Shown here: positions 48,369 to 56,480 of the stretch, in pieces
Numbering within the stretch: position 1 is the first letter of the stretch
How the letters are laid out: each line of letters begins with the position of its first letter
Notes under the pieces: model-generated
The model's input: only the letters and a program-made list of their open reading frames with translations
Told to the model about the DNA's origin: nothing
Databases searched by the model: none
Origin: a virus
Lineage: Duplodnaviria > Caudoviricetes
Virus record (IMG/VR): IMGVR_UViG_3300005611_000006
Strand: one strand, 5' to 3'
DNA: 64,000 bases
Made by a program: the position numbers and the translations under genes

Positions 48369-49020
48369 ACAAACTATCAAACTTCTTGAAAACTTTTCTA
48401 CAATTAATGAATCTATTCTGATTAAAAGTGGAAATAGGATTCGTACTATTTCCGTTATGAAAAATATTTTTGCGGAAGCAGAGGTTCAAGAACAATTTCC
48501 AAGAGATTTTGCAATTTATGAATTGAAGCAATTTTTAAATGGTCTCTCACTTCACGATGATCCTGATCTAGATTTCACAAACGAATCTTATCTTCTAATT
48601 AAAGAAGGTAAGCGTTTGGTTAAGTATTATTTTGCAGATCCTGAGATTATTGTTGCTCCACCGGATAAGGAAATTTGCTTGAATTCAAAGGATGTTTGTT
48701 TTCAAGTAGAGCATTCACAACTTTCTAAACTTATGAAAGCAGCATCTGTTTATCAACTACCAGATCTTACAGTATCTGGAGAAGATGGAAGTATTAGACT
48801 TTTGGTTCGTGATAAGAAGAATAGTAGTTCTACTGAATACTCTATTTTGGTTGGCGAAACTTCTGAAGAGTTTACTTTGAATTATAAAATTGAGAATATG
48901 AAGATGATTCCCGGATCTTATGATGTAGTAATTTCTTCAGACTTGCTTTCTGAATTTAAAAGTTCTAAATTTGATTTGAAATATTACATCGCTCTTGAAT
49001 CCGATTCTACATTCGGATAA
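48355..49020 (+). CDS. gp45: Sliding clamp gp45
   Basis: MKLS..T..LL.NFS.IN.SI, F.IY.L..FL and C-terminal YYIALE. Confidence 0.95.
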   Translation: MKLSEQTIKLLENFSTINESILIKSGNRIRTISVMKNIFAEAEVQEQFPRDFAIYELKQFLNGLSLHDDPDLDFTNESYLLIKEGKRLVKYYFADPEIIVAPPDKEICLNSKDVCFQVEHSQLSKLMKAASVYQLPDLTVSGEDGSIRLLVRDKKNSSSTEYSILVGETSEEFTLNYKIENMKMIPGSYDVVISSDLLSEFKSSKFDLKYYIALESDSTFG

Positions 49021-49054
49021 GTCAAAAATTTACTTCAAACTTGATTAATTTATT

Positions 49055-49999
49055 ATGAGAAATGATTTTTTGTGGGTGGAAAAGTATTCCCCCAAAAAAA
49101 TTGAAGATTGTATTCTTCCCGAAAGCACTAAAAAGACATTTCAAGATTTTGTAGATAAGGGAGAGATCTCAAATCTTTTACTTGCTGGTCCTCCCGGAAT
49201 TGGAAAAACTACTGTAGCTAAAGCACTTTGTAATGAACTAGGAGCAGATTATTATGTCATCAATGGATCCGATGAAGGTAGATTTTTGGACACGGTTAGA
49301 AACCAAGCAAAGAACTTTGCTTCGACCGTATCAATTCAAGCAACTTCTAAACACAAAGTCATCATCATTGACGAGGCAGATAACACGGGGAACGACGTAC
49401 AACTCCTCCTACGGGCAAATATTGAGGCATTTTATAACAATTGCAGATTCATCTTCACCTGCAATTACAAAAACAAAATCATTGAACCTCTTCACAGCAG
49501 ATGTGCAGTTGTCGAGTTTGGCATCAGATCAAAAGACAAACCAAAGATCGCAGCAAAGTTCTTTGAGAGGCTCAAAGAGATCTTGGATAAAGAAAAAGTT
49601 GAAGCAGACGATAAAGTTCTTGTTCAATTAATCAATAAGCATTTTCCTGACTGGAGAAGAGTACTCAATGAATGTCAGAGGTACTCTGTTTCAGGAAAAA
49701 TTGATTCAGCAATTCTTGCAACTTTTTCTGATGTAAAGATTGATGACATTATCAAACATCTTAAAACTAAAAACTTTACAGATGTACGTAAATGGGTAAT
49801 AGCACACCTAGATAATGATTCTGGATCATTACTAAGGATGGTTTATGACGGTCTATACCAACACCTAGATGGTCCTAGCATTGCTGCTTGTGTACTTATT
49901 GTATCAAAGTATCAATATCAATCTGCTTTCGTTGCAGACCAAGAGATCAACCTTCTTGCTGCTTTAACGGAAATTATGTGTGAGTGTAATTTCAAATGA
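49055..49999 (+). CDS. gp44: Clamp loader large subunit gp44
   Basis: LWVEKY.P, GPPGIGKTT, IIDEAD, PLHSRC and FPDWRR. Confidence 0.97.
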   Translation: MRNDFLWVEKYSPKKIEDCILPESTKKTFQDFVDKGEISNLLLAGPPGIGKTTVAKALCNELGADYYVINGSDEGRFLDTVRNQAKNFASTVSIQATSKHKVIIIDEADNTGNDVQLLLRANIEAFYNNCRFIFTCNYKNKIIEPLHSRCAVVEFGIRSKDKPKIAAKFFERLKEILDKEKVEADDKVLVQLINKHFPDWRRVLNECQRYSVSGKIDSAILATFSDVKIDDIIKHLKTKNFTDVRKWVIAHLDNDSGSLLRMVYDGLYQHLDGPSIAACVLIVSKYQYQSAFVADQEINLLAALTEIMCECNFK

Positions 50000-50160
50000 A
50001 AAAGAAAACAACACCACAAAATGTAGAAGAAGCAAATAGAGGTTTGTTTACTTCTACAATGAATTTACCTGAAGCTGCTGAGCATTGTGGAATGACTCAA
50101 AAAGAAATGAAAATGACTTTTAGAGAATTTTTAAAATACAATAAATCTGATTGGATTTGA
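49996..50160 (+). CDS. Small putative HTH protein (54 aa)
   Basis: Translated by hand: MKKKTTPQNVEEANRGLFTSTMNLPEAAEHCGMTQKEMKMTFREFLKYNKSDWI; ATGA overlap with gp44. Confidence 0.75.
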   Translation: MKKKTTPQNVEEANRGLFTSTMNLPEAAEHCGMTQKEMKMTFREFLKYNKSDWI

Positions 50161-50162
50161 TT

Positions 50163-50771
50163 ATGAAAGGGATTGAAATTTTGGATGAAATTTTAACGGA
50201 AATGAATATCATTCAGGAAGAATATAAGCAAATATTGTATTATTATGTTTATGCAATTTTCTTTCCGAATGGTAATTTTTACATAGGGTCTCGTCAGTGC
50301 AAATGCAAACCGGATGAAGATAAAAAATACACTGGTTCCTATAAAGATAAAAGCAATGGTGATGGTAAAAAGATCATTTTAAAAACTTTTTCTAATGAAA
50401 ATGAAATGACTTTTTATGAGACAAATTTAATTCAAAAATTTAAATCGTATTCAATTTGCATTAATGCAAATTCGTCTCCGCGAGTTTGTACTAATATTAA
50501 CTTTAATAATGAAGTTTTTAAAACATCTGATCTGGCGAATATTTATGGATATACAAGTTCATCAACACTTTCTAATTGGTGTGTAATTGCTGAAGTTAAT
50601 AGATTTAGGATGGGAAAATACTTTTATATGAATAATGAAGATAAACTAAAACTTGATGAGTTATCAAATTTTATTAAATCTGGATATACTTATGAGGATT
50701 ATCTTAAAACTAAAGGTAAATCAAATGAAGAAATTAAAAGTATCCTTTCAAAAGTAAAGGGTTTAAATTGA
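50163..50771 (+). CDS. Free-standing GIY-YIG (Seg-like) homing endonuclease with C-terminal HTH-like region
   Basis: YYVY...FYIGSR...Y.GS and a later conserved Glu/Asn; TSDLANIYG..SSTLSNW resembles an HTH. Confidence 0.75.
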   Translation: MKGIEILDEILTEMNIIQEEYKQILYYYVYAIFFPNGNFYIGSRQCKCKPDEDKKYTGSYKDKSNGDGKKIILKTFSNENEMTFYETNLIQKFKSYSICINANSSPRVCTNINFNNEVFKTSDLANIYGYTSSSTLSNWCVIAEVNRFRMGKYFYMNNEDKLKLDELSNFIKSGYTYEDYLKTKGKSNEEIKSILSKVKGLN

Positions 50772-50818
50772 CTATCTCTTGGTTTTTTATCTTAAACTTC
50801 CCTATCGTAAACCTGATT

Positions 50819-51652
50819 ATGAAATCACTAAAGACTCCCCTTAGATATCCTGGTGGAAAGAGTAGAGCACTAACTAAATTATCCCAGTTTCTTCCAGATA
50901 TTTCCAATTATAATGAATTTAGAGAACCATTTGTTGGCGGAGGTTCTGTAGCAATCTATGTTACTAAAATGTATCCAGATATTCCTATTTGGGTTAATGA
51001 TTTATATGAACCTCTTTATAACTTTTGGGTACAACTACAGGTAAACTCTAATGAAATTAGGTCTAAACTTGTACAACTTAAACAAAGGCACCCTGACCCT
51101 AGTTCAGCGAAATTTCTTTTCTTGGAATCTAAAGAGTATCTTTCTCAAGAACCCAGAAAATGTGATGCTACGTCTCGTGCTATCTCTTTTTATATTGCTA
51201 ACAAGTGCTCTTTTTCTGGTCTCACTGAGTCCTCATCCTTTTCTTCCGAAGCATCTGAATCAAACTTCTCAATGCGAGGAATAGAAAAACTACCAGAGTA
51301 CTCTAAAATAATTAAGAATTGGAAGATTACCAATTTTTCTTATGAACAATTACTTACAAACGATAGTAGAACTTTCGTTTATCTTGATCCTCCTTACGAC
51401 ATTCGGGATTCTTTATATGGTCATAAGGGCAATATGCATAAAGGATTTGATCATGATAAGTTTGCTGAAAATTGCAATAGTTTTCGGTGTCCTATTCTTA
51501 TCTCTTACAACAATGACGATAAAGTAATTGATAGGTTTACTGATTGGAAAACTGCTGAGTTTTCTCATACTTATACAATGAGATCAGTTGGAACATATAA
51601 TAAAGATCAGCAGGAAAGAAAGGAATTAGTTTTATTAAATTATGATCTATGA
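50819..51652 (+). CDS. dam: DNA adenine methyltransferase (Dam-like)
   Basis: PLRYPGGKS, EPFVGGGSV and YLDPPY. Confidence 0.93.
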   Translation: MKSLKTPLRYPGGKSRALTKLSQFLPDISNYNEFREPFVGGGSVAIYVTKMYPDIPIWVNDLYEPLYNFWVQLQVNSNEIRSKLVQLKQRHPDPSSAKFLFLESKEYLSQEPRKCDATSRAISFYIANKCSFSGLTESSSFSSEASESNFSMRGIEKLPEYSKIIKNWKITNFSYEQLLTNDSRTFVYLDPPYDIRDSLYGHKGNMHKGFDHDKFAENCNSFRCPILISYNNDDKVIDRFTDWKTAEFSHTYTMRSVGTYNKDQQERKELVLLNYDL

Positions 51653-52028
51653 ATTGAAAGATTGGTTGAATTCTATCAATCAAACAAAGAAAAACTTGAT
51701 GGATGAAAATCCTTTATCTGAAAAAGAATACTCTCCATTTGTAATAAACAAGTGTTTATCTGGACATATTGATTGTTTGATGTATTCAAATGAGATGAAT
51801 ATTAATCATAATCTAGATAAAAAGTTACAATATGATTTCTTTATAAATATTTTGAGAACTAAGAAGAGATTTTCTCCTTGGATTCGTAAAGATATAGTCA
51901 AAGATCTTGATTATGTTAAAAAATATTATGGGTATAATAATGAAAAAGCACAACAAGCTTTGAATATTTTGACAAAAGATCAAATTAACTTTATTCGCAA
52001 TAAATTTGAAACTGGAGGAAGAAAATGA
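51642..52028 (+). CDS. gp62: Clamp loader small subunit gp62
   Basis: WLNSIN, Y.PF.IN.CLS, QYDF and YYGY..EKA. Confidence 0.93.
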   Translation: MIYELKDWLNSINQTKKNLMDENPLSEKEYSPFVINKCLSGHIDCLMYSNEMNINHNLDKKLQYDFFINILRTKKRFSPWIRKDIVKDLDYVKKYYGYNNEKAQQALNILTKDQINFIRNKFETGGRK

Positions 52029-52465
52029 CTGTGGTAAATGAACCTGAAGTAAATTGGAAACCATCTGATATGGTAGAAGTATCACTAAATGAACCAGATG
52101 ATTTTCTAAAGGTTCGTGAAACTTTGACTCGTATTGGAGTTGCTTCTCGCAAGGAAAAAAAACTTTACCAGTCTTGTCACATTTTACATAAGCAAGGTAA
52201 ATATTATATTGTTCATTTTAAAGAACTATTTGCTCTTGATGGTAAAAATACAAATTTGACTGTAAATGACATTCAAAGAAGAAATCGTATTGTAAATCTG
52301 ATTTCTGATTGGGGTCTTATTAATGTTATTGATGAAGATAAGATTCAAGATATTGCACCTTTGAATCAGATTAAAGTTCTTTCTTATAAAGACAAATCTG
52401 ACTGGACTTTGGAAGCAAAATACAATATTGGATCCAAAAAGAAGAGAGTAGAAGAAACCGAATAA
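52025..52465 (+). CDS. regA: Translational repressor RegA
   Basis: PDDFLKVRETLTRIGVAS and LYQSCHILHKQG.YYIVHFKELF. Confidence 0.97.
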   Translation: MTVVNEPEVNWKPSDMVEVSLNEPDDFLKVRETLTRIGVASRKEKKLYQSCHILHKQGKYYIVHFKELFALDGKNTNLTVNDIQRRNRIVNLISDWGLINVIDEDKIQDIAPLNQIKVLSYKDKSDWTLEAKYNIGSKKKRVEETE

Positions 52466-52495
52466 AAATGGGGGGTATCTGACATCCCCTTTTTT
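52464..52495. terminator. Probable bidirectional terminator after regA
   Basis: A tract, ggggggt-atctg-acatcccc stem, T tract. Confidence 0.65.
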
Positions 52496-52503
52496 ATGCT
52501 TTG

Positions 52504-52571
52504 TGTTATAATTAGTACTGGATGCCGAAAGGGTCCACAAAACACAATCTCGCTTATTAAGGAGAAGTTAA
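52504..52571 (+). promoter_or_regulatory. Extended -10 promoter and structured hsp20 5' UTR (ROSE-like)
   Basis: TGnTATAAT at 52504-52512; hairpin tggatgcc-GAAA-gggtcca; hairpin tctcgctt-att-aaggaga that pairs the SD. Confidence 0.6.
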
Positions 52572-52997
52572 ATGTCTTTAACAAAGTATAATGCTGCAAA
52601 CTTAGAGCAGCTTATGGATCGTATTGCAAAGAACTCAATCGGAATGGATGAATACTTCGATAGAGTTTTTAGCACATCTGTAAATAATTACCCTCCCTAC
52701 AATGTAATTCAAGTAAATAGTAATGAAACAAAATTAGAAATTGCATTAGCAGGATTCAAGAAGGAGCAAGTTAATGCTTACACCGAGTATGGAAAACTTT
52801 TTGTCAGGGGGGAGAAAGAACCATCTGATGAAAAGGGAACGTTTATCCACAAGGGATTGGCTCAGAGAAACTTTGAAAGATCCTGGACCCTTTCTGAAGA
52901 CACTGAGGTCTCCAACGTCGTATTTGAGGACGGACTTTTATCAATCACACTATCAAAAGTAGTTCCAGAAGCACATAAACGTAAAGATTATCTATAA
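52572..52997 (+). CDS. hsp20: Small heat-shock protein Hsp20
   Basis: NYPPYN, LEIALAGF, HKGLA.R.F.RSWTL and FEDGLL.I.L..VPE. Confidence 0.96.
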   Translation: MSLTKYNAANLEQLMDRIAKNSIGMDEYFDRVFSTSVNNYPPYNVIQVNSNETKLEIALAGFKKEQVNAYTEYGKLFVRGEKEPSDEKGTFIHKGLAQRNFERSWTLSEDTEVSNVVFEDGLLSITLSKVVPEAHKRKDYL

Positions 52998-53030
52998 ATA
53001 AATTTGGGGAATCCCAAATATCGTCGCAAT

Positions 53031-53069
53031 AAAGGAGATTCTGGCAAAATCCAGAGTATCTCCTTTTTT
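53031..53069 (+). terminator. Long hairpin terminator after hsp20
   Basis: aaaggagat-tctgg-caaaat-ccaga-gt-atctccttt followed by a T tract. Confidence 0.8.
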
Positions 53070-53070
53070 A

Positions 53071-53099
53071 TTGCAAAATATTCTATGTGGTGCTATACT
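53071..53099 (+). promoter_or_regulatory. sigma70-type promoter for the gp43 operon
   Basis: TTGCAA-17nt-TATACT with TGn. Confidence 0.65.
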
Positions 53100-53127
53100 A
53101 CATAGAGAGAAATACTATGAGGTAATT

Positions 53128-53412
53128 ATGGCAATTAAAATTGTAATGCTAAAATCTTTGGAAGATGTTATCGCTGATGTCAAAGAAATGGTGTCTGGAG
53201 ATAGCGTAATTGGATATACTCTTACAAATCCTTTCACACTAACTTTCAGGGAAGAAGCACAGGTTAAGTTTTATCCTTATGCTCCACTTTCTACTGATAA
53301 AATTATTCCAATTCCATCTGATTGGGTAGTTTCTATTGTAGAACCTATGGAAGAAATTAAAAACTCATATTTGGAGAATATCGATGGAAAATCTGAAAGT
53401 ACTGATAGCTAA
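53128..53412 (+). CDS. Conserved hypothetical protein
   Basis: MAIKIVMLKS.EDVIADVKEM; GAGG RBS supports the ATG at 53128. Confidence 0.8.
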   Translation: MAIKIVMLKSLEDVIADVKEMVSGDSVIGYTLTNPFTLTFREEAQVKFYPYAPLSTDKIIPIPSDWVVSIVEPMEEIKNSYLENIDGKSESTDS

Positions 53413-53647
53413 GCCAAACTTGGTTTTGCTTACTCAAGTTGAAGAAGTAGAATCAGAGTTGGGAGAACCTGATTGTAAGTTAATAAATCCTTTTGAACTT
53501 TTTAAAAATTCTGAAGGTAAATACGATCTAAGAAAGTGGCCAGATTTTACAGATCAGAGAGAGATGAAAATTCACTCAGACTCTATCTTTACAATTTTGG
53601 ATCCAACTCCTTGGCAATTTGAAATGTATCTGAAATTATCTAAATGA
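53384..53647 (+). CDS. Conserved hypothetical protein
   Basis: EEV.SELGEPDCKLINP motif; GGAG RBS. Confidence 0.8.
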   Translation: MENLKVLIAKPNLVLLTQVEEVESELGEPDCKLINPFELFKNSEGKYDLRKWPDFTDQREMKIHSDSIFTILDPTPWQFEMYLKLSK

Positions 53648-56139
53648 AGTTTTACACAAATATTGTTCTTGTAGGGAATGAAATTCTTTCCCGAGGATTT
53701 GATAATGGGAAATCTTTTCAAAATAGAGAAGAATTTTATCCAACTTTATATGTACAATCTAGTAATAAGACAAAATATAAAACACTTGATGGACAATATG
53801 TTGAAGAGGTAAAACCAGGAACAATTAAAGAAACTCGTAACTTTATTGAAAGATATAAAGGTATTGATAACTTTAAATTATTTGGTAATACAAGATATGT
53901 AAATCAATACATTTCTGAAAAATATCCAGAAGATCATATAGTATTTGATATTACTAAAATCAAACTAATTACTATTGATATTGAGGTTGCTTCAGAAAAT
54001 GGATTTCCTGATGTAAGAAGTTGTAGTGAAGAAATACTTACAATTTCTATTCAGAATTATGCTACAAAAAAAGTTATTACTTGGGGTGTTAAACCTTTTG
54101 AAAGTAAAGACCCAAATGTAAAGTATATTGAATGTAAAGATGAATTTGATCTTTTAGACAATTTTATTGCATACTGGGAATATGATACACCGGAAGTAAT
54201 TACTGGTTGGAATTGTGAGTTTTATGATATTCCATACATTTATGGAAGACTTAAAAAGGTATTGGATACTAAAACTGCAAAGAAGATTTCTCCTTGGGGA
54301 ATCGTAACTGAAGATGAAGTTGTAATTAATGGCAGACAAAATGATCGTTGTCAGATTGCAGGAGTTACAGTTCTAGATTATCTTGATCTTTATAAGAAAT
54401 TTACTTATACAAATCAAGAGTCTTATCGACTGGATCATATTGCTTTTGTTGAACTTGGTGCAAATAAACTAGATCACTCTGAGTATGAAACCTTCAAAGA
54501 TTTTTATACTAAAGACTGGAATAAATTTGTAGAATACAATATCATTGACGTTAAACTTGTTGACCGTCTGGAAGACAAGATGAAACTTATTGAGTTAGCC
54601 ATTACTATGGCATATGACTCGAAAAGTAATTACAATGATGTATTCTACCAAGTTAGAATGTGGGACTCAATTATCTACAACTATCTTAAAAAGAGAGATA
54701 TTGTAATTCCATTTAAGACTGATAATAAGAAAGATTCTAAGTATGCTGGTGCATATGTAAAAGAACCAGTTCCAGGGATGTATGACTATGTTGTAAGTTT
54801 TGACTTGAACAGTCTATACCCACACTTGATTATGCAGTATAATATCTCTCCAGAAACTCTATTGAATGATAGATATCCAGGAGTATCTGTTGATAGACTT
54901 TTAGAAGGAAAAGTTGAAATACCTGATAATCATCCATTTGCAGTTTGCGCTAATGGAGCACAATACAGGAAAGATGTTAGAGGATTTCTTCCAGAGTTGA
55001 TGGATAAGATGTATAGTGATCGAGTCATCTATAAAAAGAAGATGATCGAAGCTAAGAAAAAATATGAAAAAAATCCATCTATAGAATTAGAGAAAGAAAT
55101 TGCTAGATGTAATAATATTCAGATGGCAAAAAAGATTTCTCTAAACTCTGCTTATGGTGCGGTTGGAAATGAATATTTTAGATATTTCCGAATCGAGAAT
55201 GCAGAAGCAATTACTCTCTCTGGACAACTTTCAATTCGTTGGATTGAAAGTAAGATGAATTCTTATATGAATAAAGTACTTAAAACTAATAATACTGATT
55301 ATGTTATTGCTTCTGATACTGATTCTATCTATCTTAATATGGGTCCTTTTGTTGAAGCTATATTCAAAGGAAGAGAGAAAACTACTGAAAGCGTTATTTC
55401 GTTCCTTGACAAGGTCTGTAAGGTGGAACTTGAAAAATATATTGAAAGTTCTTACCAAGAATTGGCCAACTACGTAAATGCGTATGACCAGAAGATGCAA
55501 ATGAAGAGGGAGAATATTGCTGATCGTGGTATTTGGACTGCAAAGAAAAGATATATCCTCAACGTTTGGGATAGTGAAGGAGTAAAGTATTCTGAACCTA
55601 AACTTAAAATGATGGGAATTGAAGCAGTTAAATCTTCTACACCTTCTCCTTGTAGAACTAAGATTAAAGAAGCCCTTGCTATCATTATGAATCAAACTGA
55701 GGATGATCTTATTAAGTTTATCGATCAGTTCAAAGGTGAATTTTTCAATATGCCACCGGAAGATATTTCATTCCCAAGGTCTGTTAATGATATTAAAAAG
55801 TATAGAAATCCTCAAACGATTTATTCTAAGGGAACTCCAATTCATTGCAGAGGAGCTCTTTTATATAATCACTATGTTAAAAAGAAGAAAATTGAAAATA
55901 AGTATGCATTGATCGCAAATGGAGAAAAAATTAAGTTTTGCTACTTAAAGAAAGCAAATCCAATTAGAGAAAATGTTATGTCTTTTATTCAAAAATTCCC
56001 AAATGAACTTGGATTAAATAAGTATGTAGATTATGATCTTCAATTCGAAAAAAGTTTCTTGGATCCTTTAAAAACTATCATTCAAGCAATTGGTTGGAAC
56101 ATTGAAAAGACTGTAAATCTTGAATTGTTTTTCTCATGA
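53644..56139 (+). CDS. gp43: Family B DNA polymerase gp43
   Basis: Exonuclease DIEV and GWN..FYDIPY; polymerase DLNSLYP, KISLNSAYG and SDTDS. Confidence 0.98.
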   Translation: MKFYTNIVLVGNEILSRGFDNGKSFQNREEFYPTLYVQSSNKTKYKTLDGQYVEEVKPGTIKETRNFIERYKGIDNFKLFGNTRYVNQYISEKYPEDHIVFDITKIKLITIDIEVASENGFPDVRSCSEEILTISIQNYATKKVITWGVKPFESKDPNVKYIECKDEFDLLDNFIAYWEYDTPEVITGWNCEFYDIPYIYGRLKKVLDTKTAKKISPWGIVTEDEVVINGRQNDRCQIAGVTVLDYLDLYKKFTYTNQESYRLDHIAFVELGANKLDHSEYETFKDFYTKDWNKFVEYNIIDVKLVDRLEDKMKLIELAITMAYDSKSNYNDVFYQVRMWDSIIYNYLKKRDIVIPFKTDNKKDSKYAGAYVKEPVPGMYDYVVSFDLNSLYPHLIMQYNISPETLLNDRYPGVSVDRLLEGKVEIPDNHPFAVCANGAQYRKDVRGFLPELMDKMYSDRVIYKKKMIEAKKKYEKNPSIELEKEIARCNNIQMAKKISLNSAYGAVGNEYFRYFRIENAEAITLSGQLSIRWIESKMNSYMNKVLKTNNTDYVIASDTDSIYLNMGPFVEAIFKGREKTTESVISFLDKVCKVELEKYIESSYQELANYVNAYDQKMQMKRENIADRGIWTAKKRYILNVWDSEGVKYSEPKLKMMGIEAVKSSTPSPCRTKIKEALAIIMNQTEDDLIKFIDQFKGEFFNMPPEDISFPRSVNDIKKYRNPQTIYSKGTPIHCRGALLYNHYVKKKKIENKYALIANGEKIKFCYLKKANPIRENVMSFIQKFPNELGLNKYVDYDLQFEKSFLDPLKTIIQAIGWNIEKTVNLELFFS

Positions 56140-56267
56140 GTAAATTATTTACTGTAAATCTTAATGAAAAGGAAATAAGATTAATATTAAAAAATATAAA
56201 ACATTGCGAATGTGATGATTTATACGGAAGACTTTGGAGAATGTTATTCAAAAAAATAAAAAATTAG
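56136..56267 (+). CDS. Small hypothetical protein (43 aa)
   Basis: Translated by hand: MSKLFTVNLNEKEIRLILKNIKHCECDDLYGRLWRMLFKKIKN; ATGA overlap with gp43. Confidence 0.6.
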   Translation: MSKLFTVNLNEKEIRLILKNIKHCECDDLYGRLWRMLFKKIKN

Positions 56268-56279
56268 GAGAATTTTCTT

Positions 56280-56477
56280 ATGTATGACCAATATGTAACT
56301 GACGACGGGGAAAGTAAGCAAGATAAGTGGAATCGTGGACTTGATATCTTTATTGAGTCTGTATACAAACCTGATTCCGAACTAAGAAAATGTGCCCACA
56401 ATCAAAGGTGTTATCACGAACTTATGGATGTTCGTACTAATGTGATAGAATATTTGAATACATTACGTTGGGAATAA
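56280..56477 (+). CDS. Hypothetical protein
   Basis: 65-aa ORF with AGGAG RBS; KWNRGLD.FIESV.KPD..LR.CAHNQ.CY. Confidence 0.8.
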   Translation: MYDQYVTDDGESKQDKWNRGLDIFIESVYKPDSELRKCAHNQRCYHELMDVRTNVIEYLNTLRWE

Positions 56478-56480
56478 TTT

